Source: Eledone cirrhosa
Taxonomy: Eukaryota
Reading direction: 5' to 3'
Assembly (NCBI GenBank): GCA_964016885.1
Contig: OZ024741.1
Location: 317,750,001-317,814,000, forward strand
DNA: 64,000 nt
The notes beneath the pieces are model-generated. The model ran no database searches and was not told the origin of the DNA. It was given only the letters and a program-made list of their open reading frames with translations. This document shows, piece after piece, positions 1 through 11,688 of this stretch. Made by a program: the position numbers and the translations under genes. Within the stretch, counting starts at the first letter, position 1; each line of letters opens with the position of its first letter.

Positions 1-217
1 TATAGATATATAATATATATATATATATAATATATAAATATTATAATATATATATATAATATATATATATAATATATAAATATTATAATATATATATATA
101 ATATATATATATAATATATAAATATTATAATATATATATATTATATATATATAATATATATGTATTATAATATATATATATAATATATATATATAAATAT
201 TATAATATATATATTAT

Positions 218-277
<60 letters not shown>

Positions 278-604
278 TTATAATATATATATATATATAT
301 ATAAATATAATATATATATATATATATATATAAATATAATATATATATATATATATATATAAATATAATATATATATATATATATATATAAATATAATAT
401 ATATATATATATATATATAAATATTATAATATATATATATATATATATATAAATATTATAATATATATATATATATATATATAAATATTATGATATATAT
501 ATATATATAAAGATTATAATATATATATAATATATATATATATATAAATATTATAATATATATATAAATATTATAATATATATATAAATATTATAATATG
601 TATG

Positions 605-640
<36 letters not shown>

Positions 641-859
641 TATATAAATATTATAATATATATATATATTTATATATATAAATATTATAATATATATATA
701 TATATATATAATATATATATAAACATAATATATATATATATATATAATATATATATAAATATAATATATATATATATAAATATTATTATATATATATATA
801 TAAATATTATAATATATATATATATAAATATTATAATATATATATATATATATATATAC

Positions 860-892
<33 letters not shown>

Positions 893-1183
893 ATATATAT
901 ATAAATATTATATATATAAATATTATATATATAATATATATAATATAATATATATATAATATATATATATAATATATATATAATATATAATATATATATT
1001 ATATATATATTATATATATATAATATATATATAATATATATATTATATATATATTATATATATATAATATATATATAATATATATATTATATATTATATA
1101 TATATTATATATATATATTATATATATATATTATATATATATATTATATATAATATTTATATATATAATATTTATATATATAT

Positions 1184-1218
<35 letters not shown>

Positions 1219-1331
1219 ATATATATATATATATATATATTATAATATTTATATATATATATATTATAATATATATATATATATATAATATATATATATA
1301 AATATTATAATATATATATATATATATATAT

Positions 1332-1366
<35 letters not shown>

Positions 1367-1661
1367 ATATATATATAAATATTATATATATAAATATTAT
1401 ATATATAATATATATATATAATATAATATATATAATATATATATATAATATATATATAATATATAATATATATATTATATATATATTATATATATATAAT
1501 ATATATATAATATATATATTATATATATATTATATATATATAATATATATATAATATATATATTATATATTATATATATATTATATATATATATTATATA
1601 TATATATTATATATATATATTATATATATAATATTTATATATATAATATTTATATATATAT

Positions 1662-1696
<35 letters not shown>

Positions 1697-1788
1697 ATAT
1701 ATATATATATATATATATTATAATATTTATATATATATATATTATAATATTTATATATATATATATAATAATATTTATATATATATAT
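1..1788. repeat. Nearly pure A/T degenerate (TA)n microsatellite with AAATATTATAA variant units
   Basis: Seen directly; almost no G or C; runs into the assembly gap. Confidence 0.97.
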
Positions 1789-1988
1789 NNNNNNNNNNNN
1801 NNNNNNNNNNNNNNNNNNNNNNNNNNNNNNNNNNNNNNNNNNNNNNNNNNNNNNNNNNNNNNNNNNNNNNNNNNNNNNNNNNNNNNNNNNNNNNNNNNNN
1901 NNNNNNNNNNNNNNNNNNNNNNNNNNNNNNNNNNNNNNNNNNNNNNNNNNNNNNNNNNNNNNNNNNNNNNNNNNNNNNNNNNNNNNNN
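1789..1988. other. Assembly gap (200 N)
   Basis: Run of N. The round length suggests a scaffolding gap of unknown true size. Confidence 0.99.
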
Positions 1989-2084
1989 TCCACGCTCGCA
2001 TGGGTTTCCCACTTGAGGCAAGATTGGTTGTCTTGCTCGCATAGGACTGTCTGCCGGGTTTTCTACGGTTGGATGCCCTTCCTA
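1989..2084 (-). mobile_element. RTE LINE 3'UTR fragment
   Basis: Matches the 3'UTR of the RTE at about 11335-11443 (ttcccacttgaggcaag...ggatgcccttcctaa). Confidence 0.85.
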
Positions 2085-2263
2085 ATATATTATATATGTA
2101 TATGTATATATATATGTATGTATATATATATATGTAGATATATATGTATGTATATTATATGTATATATATATGTATGTATATTATGTATATATAATGTAT
2201 GTATATATATGTATATATATATGTATGTATATATATGTATATATATATATATATGTATGTATA

Positions 2264-2304
<41 letters not shown>

Positions 2305-2692
2305 ATATATGTATATATATGTATGTATGTATATATATGTATATATATGTATGTATTATATATATGTATGTATATATATATATATATGTATTTATTATAT
2401 ATATATATGTATGTATGTATGTATATATATATATGTATATATATATGTATTTATATATGTATATATATATATATGTATTTATATATGTATATTATATATG
2501 TATGTATATATATATTATATATATGTTATGTATTTATATATATATATATATGTATGTATATATATATATATATTATGTATATATATATATATATAATGTA
2601 TATGTATGATTATATGTATATATATATATATGTATATGTATATTATATATTGTATGTATATATTTATGTATATATATGTATGTATATATATA

Positions 2693-2744
<52 letters not shown>

Positions 2745-2787
2745 GTATATATAGTATAATATATATATATGTATATATATATGTATG

Positions 2788-2818
<31 letters not shown>

Positions 2819-3355
2819 GTATATATATATATAGTATGTATATATATATGTATGTATATATATTATTATATAATGTATGTATATATATATATATGTATAT
2901 ATATATGTATATATATGTATATATATATGTATAGTATATATATGTATGTATATATATGTATATATATATATATATAATGTATTATATATATGTATGTATA
3001 TATATGTTATATATATATATATATATGTATGTATATATATATATGTATGTATATATTATATGTATATATATATAGTATATATATATGTATATATATATGT
3101 ATATATATATGTATATATATATGTTATATATATATGTATATATATATGTATATATATATGTATATATAAAATGTATATATATATGTAATATATATATGTA
3201 TATATATATGTATATATATATGTATATAATATATGTATATATATACTGTATATATCTATAATATATGTATATATATATGTATATATATATATATATATGT
3301 ATTTATACTATATGTATATATATATATATATATGTATGTATATATATGTATATAT

Positions 3356-3417
<62 letters not shown>

Positions 3418-3585
3418 GTATGTATATATATATATGTATATATATAATATGTATAGTATATATATGTATATATATATGTATGTATATATATTTATGTTAT
3501 GTATGTATATATATATATATATGTATGATATAGTATATATATATATATATATGTATGTTTATTTAATTATATATATATATGTATT

Positions 3586-3616
<31 letters not shown>

Positions 3617-3782
3617 TTATATATATAGTATGTATATATATATATATATTATGTATGTATGTATATATATATATATTATGTATTTATATATATATTATAT
3701 ATGTATATGATATATATATATATGTATAATATTATTATATATATATGTATGTATGTATATATATATATTTGTATGTATATAT

Positions 3783-3813
<31 letters not shown>

Positions 3814-3833
3814 GTATATATATATATAATATG
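2085..3833. repeat. (TA)n/(TATG)n degenerate microsatellite
   Basis: Seen directly. Confidence 0.97.
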
Positions 3834-4359
3834 TTGTTATATTTGGGGAGGGTCATATTTGCGTAATATTGCCAGAATTAATAACAGAACACACTCACTG
3901 TTTGGTTGGTTTTCGCTTCTCGCTGTCTTTTTATATATATATATTCTGCGATCTAACTTACTCGGTCCTCAATGTTGCCATTGACTGACCGGCGGTCAAA
4001 AATAATACAGATACAATATAGACAAACACATATATATATAGTTTACATAAATCTTTCGTTGCACATCTGCAACATCGTCTGGTGTTATATTCATTGTTCC
4101 TCCTGTTGTGTTGTATGTCTACGCCATTTTTTTTTTTGTTCAGTCTGTCTATATATTTATTTATTTATTTGCTTGTTTGTTTATCTTATTTTATTTTGTC
4201 TTCTTTGCGCATGGCGTTTGCGTGTGTGTATAGTGTTATGTGTGATGTGTGATGTGTGACTAGTGTGTATAGTGTTGTCTGCTGGGTGACTAGTGTGTGT
4301 TTATGTGCTTGTGTATGTATTTATTTATCTTATTTTATTTAATTTAATTACTTATTTAT

Positions 4360-7300
4360 TTATACTTCTCTTAGGTCAGTGTTGTTTGTTTGGGTGTTGT
4401 TGTTGTTCCACTCATTCTTTCTGTTTAGCTTTGGTCTTCTAATTTCTATTTCACTGGCCTCTCTGATTTGCCTATCTGCTGGGTCATTCCTATGTTTAGA
4501 TATTATTCTAATTTCTATGTTGTCTATGTTACCGTCATGATGTTGTCTAGCATGTTCGTATAGTACTGACCCGTTTTTTCGTCCTTTTAGTTCCCCCCAG
4601 TGTTGGTCTATCCTTTCACCTATGCTACGAGCTGTCTCACCTATGTATGTTGTTGTCGTGTTTCTGCAAGTACCCTCTGTACATCTTATGCTATAGACTA
4701 CGTTTCTAGTTTTACAGTTTATCCGGGGGTTCACCTTACATATGATACATTTCCTATTGGTACAGTGGGTTTTCTTAAAAGGGTAGGTTTTGCTGATCAG
4801 GGATTTTATGGTGGTTCCTGGCTTTTCTACCACCTTTATTTTTAAGTGGGTCTTTCTCAGGGCCTTTCTACACTGGTTAGCTAATTTCCCTCCAGGGGTG
4901 GCGTCCACAAACATGACACTCTGATATCTCTGGTTGTCGTACCATGATGTGGCCTTCCCTATCTTATGTCTAGCCCTATCTAAGCTATTCCATGATTTGC
5001 TCCTGTATAGTGGGCAAATTCCTTTCATGTCCAGTTCTATGAGGGTCTTATACTTTTCCATGGCTCCTTCGTATACTCTGACTCTGTCTCTTTGGTTGTA
5101 GCCAGAGAACTGCATGCGGTTGATGAAGTGTTGGATGTGTCCTTCCATTTCTGTTGGGTCGCACATGCTGGACACATTCTTCATCACTCGTACCAAATCT
5201 GCGATCAGAATATTAAACTTAGCACTACTGGACATTGCTGAGTTTTGAGTATCAGGTATTTGGAGGCCATGGGTTTAGCATAGTGTGAGTGGAGAATTTG
5301 GGCTCTCTCGTCTATAGTGTTAATCCAGAGTTCTGTGTCTAATACAGGTAGTCTATTGTTAGGGTGTTTGGAAGGGAAGTCTATAGTTACAGTTATACTC
5401 TGGTGTATGGAATTAGCTATCTGCTGGATGCTTTCCATCGTGCTACGTTCTAAATCAAACTTGTTAGTGCTCTCTAGTGGGGGTGTTCTTATAACTATAT
5501 TGATATCGTCTACATAACGAGAGTACATGATGAGGTCTATGGAGCTTTCATTAAGGAGATCTTTAAGTCTCCTTTCCCACCATACCATGAAAAAGGTTGG
5601 CAACATCGCCAGCTATGCTGACGCCGATGGCTGCTCCCTCATTTTGGGTGTAGATTTTCTCATTGAACTTAAATATGTGGCCCTTTAGGGTAGTTTTGAT
5701 ACTAGCCCCTATTGCATGTGCGACCATTTTTCTTACCTGATCAGTGTTTTGGGGGGTCCGTATAGCTTTGGTCCACCCAATCCACCTTCCTATGGGAGTC
5801 TTTTTAGCCATTGAGGTTATGGTGGGGGGTCTACCTCTTATAGGTCTACTAGGGCAGAAACATCTAAGGTCATGGCTGTCTAGGTAGTCAGTGTCGTAGG
5901 TAAGTCTAAGTAGGAGGCCCAGTTCGTCTGTGTCGACGTCGCAGAACTCCACCTCACTCTCAATGATCATCTCCACACATCTTTTCACAGCAAAATCAAT
6001 GTTAATGGATGGGTACAGTGACACCACATCCATGCTGCCTATTATGCAGTTGGATAGGCTCCTGTTTTTGTTGCACTCACTGATTCTGCTGAGGAGGTCC
6101 TCTGTACTTTCACATACATCTGGGGACATCTTGATTATGGGGCGTATAACCATTGAGAGGAAGTAGGAGATCCTGTAGTTGCTAGCTATATTAGCTCCGC
6201 ATACAGGTCTTGTTGGTGGTCCTATTGTCGGGTCGTCGACTGTCTTGTGGTCTTTGCGGAGCCCATACAAGGGTGGTATGCCATTGTTAGACGCCTGGAA
6301 GTTGTTGGCAGTGCGTCTGCTTGGCTTTAGGATGTCAGTCCACATCATCATGTGAGCGTTGAGGATTTTTTCTCTCCCATCGTGTGTTAGTTGTGCAACT
6401 TCGCTCGTGTTGGTGATGTGGGGTTGCATTGCCTCGATGTAGTTCGGCATGCTATCTATTGACATCCTACCAGACTTATCTGTGGGTAGACACACTACCT
6501 CACCATCCCTTGTGCGCTGCTTGAGGCTAACCAAGCCTTCTACAGGTTTTATCCCAAGTTGTTGGGCCTCTGGTCTGCTCTGTCTCATAGTGTACCTGTC
6601 TACTACTTGTCTAATCTTATTTCTAGCTATGGTGAACTGTGCCTCCGTCTCGTCATCTATTTGTTGTGGTATGCAAACTCTTTTATTAAAGGGTAACCTC
6701 GTAGGATAGATATTACCCATCTTATATGTTTTGTCAGCTGGGTTGAAAAATAGTTTCTCTAAGGGGTTGTCGTTATTTCTATCGTCATAGTTGTGTGTGT
6801 TGCTATTATTGTTATCATGGTGGTTGTTGTTGTTTCTATCCTTAGCATTAATATTATTATTGTTATGATTGCTAGATGTATTGTTGTTTACTTCACCGTT
6901 ATTGTTGTTGTTACTGCTATTTCTACCATTGTGGTTGTTACTATTATTATGTTTCTTGTTTTTGTTGATGTTGCTACATGTACTATTTCCATTATTACCA
7001 CTGTGGTTATTGTTGTTGTTGTTGTTCGTATTGTTACCGTTATTACTACTGTGGTCACTGTTGCTGTGTCTGTGGTTAACGTTTCTATTATTATTATTAT
7101 TGTGGTTGTTGTTGTTCTGTCTATCGCTAGTATTATTACCATTATCACTATTTCTCACTTTCCTGCCATTGTTATGGTTATGGCTGTTATTTCTATACCC
7201 AGAGTTATTGTTTATATTACTACTACCGTTCTTATTGTTGTTGTTGTTGTTTACCTTTGCATTCCAACGTATTTTTGTGAAACACTTTTCCAGCTCCGTT

Positions 7301-7992
7301 TTGCATTCCATAGGATTAATCTTTTTGTAGATGGCAAATTTTGGTGGTAACTTTAGGATTTGTTGTTCTTGTTCACTGATTAAAGTGTTCCCATAGATAT
7401 TTACTGTGTGGTCATTGGTAAATTCTTCCGGTAGTTTTACATCACTCATACGGATGTTGTCGATGTTATCTGGGTATTTTTGAGAATATTCGATTTTCCT
7501 TTCTTGTAGTTTTTTCTTATTCATCCATTCTAATTTCTTCTTGAAATGCCTACAGCATTCGTTTTGAGCATATTTCGTTTCGCGTCGGATGACGCTCATG
7601 AGGTCATCTCTCTCGTTTGCTGTGATGAGATTTCGGATTTCCTTACCGTTGATGCGTTTTTGTCTGTAGAGTGCGTTGACTTTTGTGTATGTTGTTCTTT
7701 TCATATTAACTGTTATTGTGTGTTTTAGCCGTTCAGCTTGTGTTTTGTTCAATAATAAATTATTTACTTGTTTTGATATGTTTGTTGTGTATGTTTTGGA
7801 GGAAACACAGTGTTTTAAGAAGCGGATTTGTTCTGTTGTTATTGTAGTTTTTATATAACAGAAAACAGTGTCTTTCAATAACCTTTCAGCTTGGCACAAG
7901 CTAATGCCATAGCGGCGATGAATTAGTTTTGCGAGGTTTTTTATATGAAATCGTGTGTCGAAACAGATATTGTTATATTTGGGGAGGGTCAT
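4360..7992 (-). pseudogene. PLE-A RT + C-terminal GIY-YIG endonuclease ORF, broken by two frameshifts (about 5600 and 5220)
   Basis: ORF pieces 7992-5563, 5606-5205 and 5235-4360. RT motifs: PTDKSG, PPLYGLRKDHK, RPV, SMDVVSLYPSI, QNEGAAIG, YSRYVDDI, LPVLD. Endonuclease motifs: [11 protein letters not shown]...[20 protein letters not shown]...PKLN. Confidence 0.9.
6780..7252 (-). repeat. In-frame (AAY)n-type repeat encoding an Asn-rich tract in the PLE-A N-terminal region
   Basis: ttg/tta/ttgttg runs on +; NNNN-rich stretch of the 809-aa ORF with no stop. Confidence 0.85.
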
Positions 7993-8029
7993 ATTTGCGT
8001 AATATTGCCAGAATTAATAACAGAACACA

Positions 8030-8072
8030 CTCACTGTTTGGTTGGTTTTCGCTTCTCGCTGTCTTTTATATA
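8030..8072 (-). promoter_or_regulatory. Possible TATA box plus Inr-like CAGT in the PLE-A 5' pLTR
   Basis: Minus strand TATAAAA (8064-8070), ACAGT about 30-35 nt downstream, ATG at 7992. Motif only, and inside AT-rich sequence. Confidence 0.3.
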
Positions 8073-8178
8073 TATATATCTGCGATCTAACTTACTCGGT
8101 CCTCAATGTTGCCATTGACTGACCGGCGGTCAAAAATAATACAGATACAATATAGACAAACACATATATATATAGTTT

Positions 8179-8220
8179 ACATAAATCTTTCGTTGCACAT
8201 CTGCAACATCGTCAGTGGTG
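8179..8220 (-). ncRNA. Hammerhead-like motif in the PLE-A pLTR (weak stem I)
   Basis: Minus: CUGACGA-U-GUUGCA gaug UGCAAC-GAAA-GAUUUA. The 3' pLTR copy (about 4045-4085) has lost 2 nt of the CUGA core. Confidence 0.55.
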
Positions 8221-8864
8221 TTATATTCATTGTTCCTCCTGTTGTGTTGTATGTCTACGCCATTTTTTTTTTGTTCAGTCTGTCTATATATTTATTTATT
8301 TATTTGCTTGTTTGTTTATCTTATTTTATTTTGTCTTCTTTGCGCATGCGTTTGCGTGTGTGTATAGTGTTATGTGTGATGTGTGATGTGTGACTAGTGT
8401 GTATAGTGTTGTCTGCTGGGTGACTAGTGTGTGTTTATGTGCTTGTGTATGTATTTATTTATCTTATTTTATTTAATTTAATTTACTTATTTATTTATAC
8501 TTCTCTTAGGTCAGTGTTGTTTGTTTGGGTGTTGTTGTTGTTCCACTCATTCTTTCTGTTTAGCTTTGGTCTTCTAATTTCTATTTCACTGGCCTCTCTG
8601 ATTTGCCTATCTGCTGGGTCATTCCTATGTTTAGATATTATTCTAATTTCTATGTTGTCTATGTTACCGTCATGATGTTGTCTAGCATGTTCGTATAGTA
8701 CTGACCCGTTTTTTCGTCCTTTTAGTTCCCCCCAGTGTTGGTCTATCCTTTCACCTATGCTACGAGCTGTCTCACCTATGTATGTTGTTGTCGTGTTTCT
8801 GCAAGTACCCTCTGTACATCTTATGCTATAGACTACGTTTCTAGTTTTACAGTTTATATGTATG

Positions 8865-8903
<39 letters not shown>

Positions 8904-8918
8904 GTATGTATATATATG

Positions 8919-8985
<67 letters not shown>

Positions 8986-8986
8986 G

Positions 8987-9019
<33 letters not shown>

Positions 9020-9568
9020 GTATGTATATATATGTATATATATGTATGTATATATATATATATATATGTATGTATATATATGTATATATATATATATATG
9101 TATGTATATATATGTATATATATATATGTGTATATATATATATATCTATATCTATATATGTATGTGTATATATATATATGTGTATATATATATATATCTA
9201 TATCTATATATGTATGTATATATATGTATATATATATATGTGTATATATATATATATCTATATCTATCTATATATGTATGTATATGTATATATATATATG
9301 TGTATATATATATATATCTATATCTATATATGTATGTATATATATATATATCTATATCTATATATGTATGTATATATATATATATGTGTATATATATATA
9401 TATCTATATCTATATATGTATGTATATATATATATATCTATATCTATATATGTATGTATATGTATATATATGTGTATATATATATATATCTATATCTATA
9501 TATGTATGTATATATATGTAATGAAATGACAGGAGGCTGGATCTGTGTAAATCCTTGAAAGGTTTACT

Positions 9569-9626
9569 ATACTATGATCATTTCAATGACCGGGTTCCGT
9601 ATGAATCCGGTGATATCATCAGGTAT
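9569..9626 (-). ncRNA. Degenerate type-I hammerhead in an orphan 210-bp insert (9519-9730)
   Basis: Minus: AUAC-CUGAUGA-[..ACCGG..CCGGU..]-GAAA-UGAUC-AUA/GUAU. Palindromic stem III AUGAUCAU; base of stem II mismatched. Confidence 0.55.
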
Positions 9627-9772
9627 TCGAAATATAATACGTGAATGTAATAGGTAAAATCCATGGGGCTGAAAATCGAGACCCGAGGGCGACCGCTATT
9701 CTGTTCCTTCAACCTCAGCCGGTCGCCCTGTATATGTATGTATATATATGTATATATATATATGTATGTATG

Positions 9773-9803
<31 letters not shown>

Positions 9804-9810
9804 ATATATG

Positions 9811-9841
<31 letters not shown>

Positions 9842-9866
9842 GTATGTATATATATGTATATATATG

Positions 9867-9897
<31 letters not shown>

Positions 9898-9978
9898 ATG
9901 TATATATATATATATGTATGTATATGTATATATATATATGTATATATATATACATATATGTATATATGTATATATATA

Positions 9979-10238
9979 TTAGAAAGTGAGGTTTTTTTTA
10001 CAAAATGAAAAATAACCGAGGTGTCCTACACGAGTGGAAGTATAAAGAAAAAGGGATATGCAACTGAAGTCTTATTTTTTTAAAATATATATATTTATTT
10101 GGTTCCTTTACCGGTTTCGCAGTTCTTCTGCTTTTCAAAAGGTGAGTTGAGATGGAGGGTCTGTGGTTTTTCTCACATCTGGTTGGTCTCTAAATGTTAC
10201 TTGTTTTATATGGAAAAACTGGCTCGAAAACCAGGTTT
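9979..10238 (-). mobile_element. Orphan pLTR-like fragment; inverted copy at 20888-21092
   Basis: 9980-10170 is the reverse complement of 20888-21092; contains a hammerhead motif followed by AATAAA. Confidence 0.7.
10105..10142 (-). ncRNA. Minimal type-I hammerhead, U3:A8 core variant
   Basis: Minus: CCUU-UUGAAAA-GCAG aagaa CUGC-GAAA-CCG-GUA/AAGG. Confidence 0.72.
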
Positions 10239-11151
10239 GTATATATATATATATATATATCTATATATGTATGTATATGTATGTATATGTATGTATATAT
10301 ATGTATATATATATACATGTATATATATATGTGTATATGTATATATATGTATATATATACATATATATGTATATATATGTATATATATATATGTATATAT
10401 ATGTATATATATACATATATATGTATATATATGTATATATATATATGTATATATATGTATATATATATATGTATATATATATATGTATATATATGTATAT
10501 ATATACATATATATGTATATATATGTATATATATGTATATATATATATGTATATATATGTATATATATATATGTATATATATGTATATATATACATATAT
10601 ATGTATATATATGTATATATATATATATGTATATATATGTATATATATATATATGTATATATATGTATATATATATATATGTATATATATGTATATATAT
10701 GTATATATATATATATGTATATATATGTATATATATATATATGTGTCTGTATATATATGTATATATATATATATATGTGTCTGTATATATATGTATATAT
10801 ATATATATATGTGTCTGTATATATATGTATATATATATATGTGTCTGTATATATATGTATATATTTATGTATGTATATATATGTATATATTTATATATGT
10901 ATGTATATATTTATATATGTATGTATATATTTATATATGTATGTATATATATGTATATATTTATATATGTATGTATATATATTTATATATGTATGTATAT
11001 ATATGTATATATTTATATGTGTATGTATATATATATGTATATATTTATATATATATGTATATATATGTGTATGTATGTATATATATGTATATATTTATAT
11101 ATGTATGTATATATATGTATATATTTATATATGTATGTATATATATCTATG

Positions 11152-11246
<95 letters not shown>

Positions 11247-11688
11247 GTATTTATATATATGTATATGTAGATATATATATATGTATATAAATGTAGATAT
11301 ATCATCATCATCATCAACGTTTAACGTCCGTGTTCCACGCTTGTATGGGTTTGGACGGGGGTTTTCCCACTTGAGGCAAGAGTGATTGTCTTGCTCGCAT
11401 TGGACTGTCTAGCAGGTTTTCTACAGTTGGATGCCCTTCCTAACACCAACCACATTTACAGTGTGGGTCTGGGAGGTTTTTACCGTGTTGCCTACACGGC
11501 CACATTACAGCGTGGACTGTGTGTTTTTTTGTCGTGACACCTACACGATCTCATTTGTTTCGGCCTGGATGGTGTGGCACCAACATAACTTTACATAGAA
11601 GGGGGCAGTGTGGATGGGGTGGGGGTGGTGGGACGGGGGTGTATTTTGTTAGAGATGCCTACTGACTGTAGTAGGTTTTACTATGTAT

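Larger units (their letters stand above)
3834..8857 (-). mobile_element. Penelope-like retroelement family A, near full length, with direct pLTRs
   Basis: 3834-4722 repeats 7970-8857 (about 890 bp). The repeat holds the ORF 3' end, the 3'UTR and a short extension into the ORF start (MTLPKYN), which is the typical PLE partial-tandem structure. An RT + GIY-YIG ORF lies between the repeats. Confidence 0.93.
8858..11302. repeat. (TA)n/(TATG)n field with TATC, TGTCTG and TATTTA variant blocks, interrupted by two short inserts
   Basis: Seen directly; inserts at 9519-9730 and 9979-10238. Confidence 0.95.

Noticed and set aside
6793-7350. Hydrophobic Leu/Val/Ile-rich 'membrane protein' ORFs on the + strand
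   Set aside because: Antisense readings of the Asn-codon repeat in PLE-A.
3834-8857. LTR retrotransposon
   Set aside because: The repeats contain ORF 3' sequence; no gag, protease, integrase, PBS or TG..CA ends. The RT and GIY-YIG identify a PLE.
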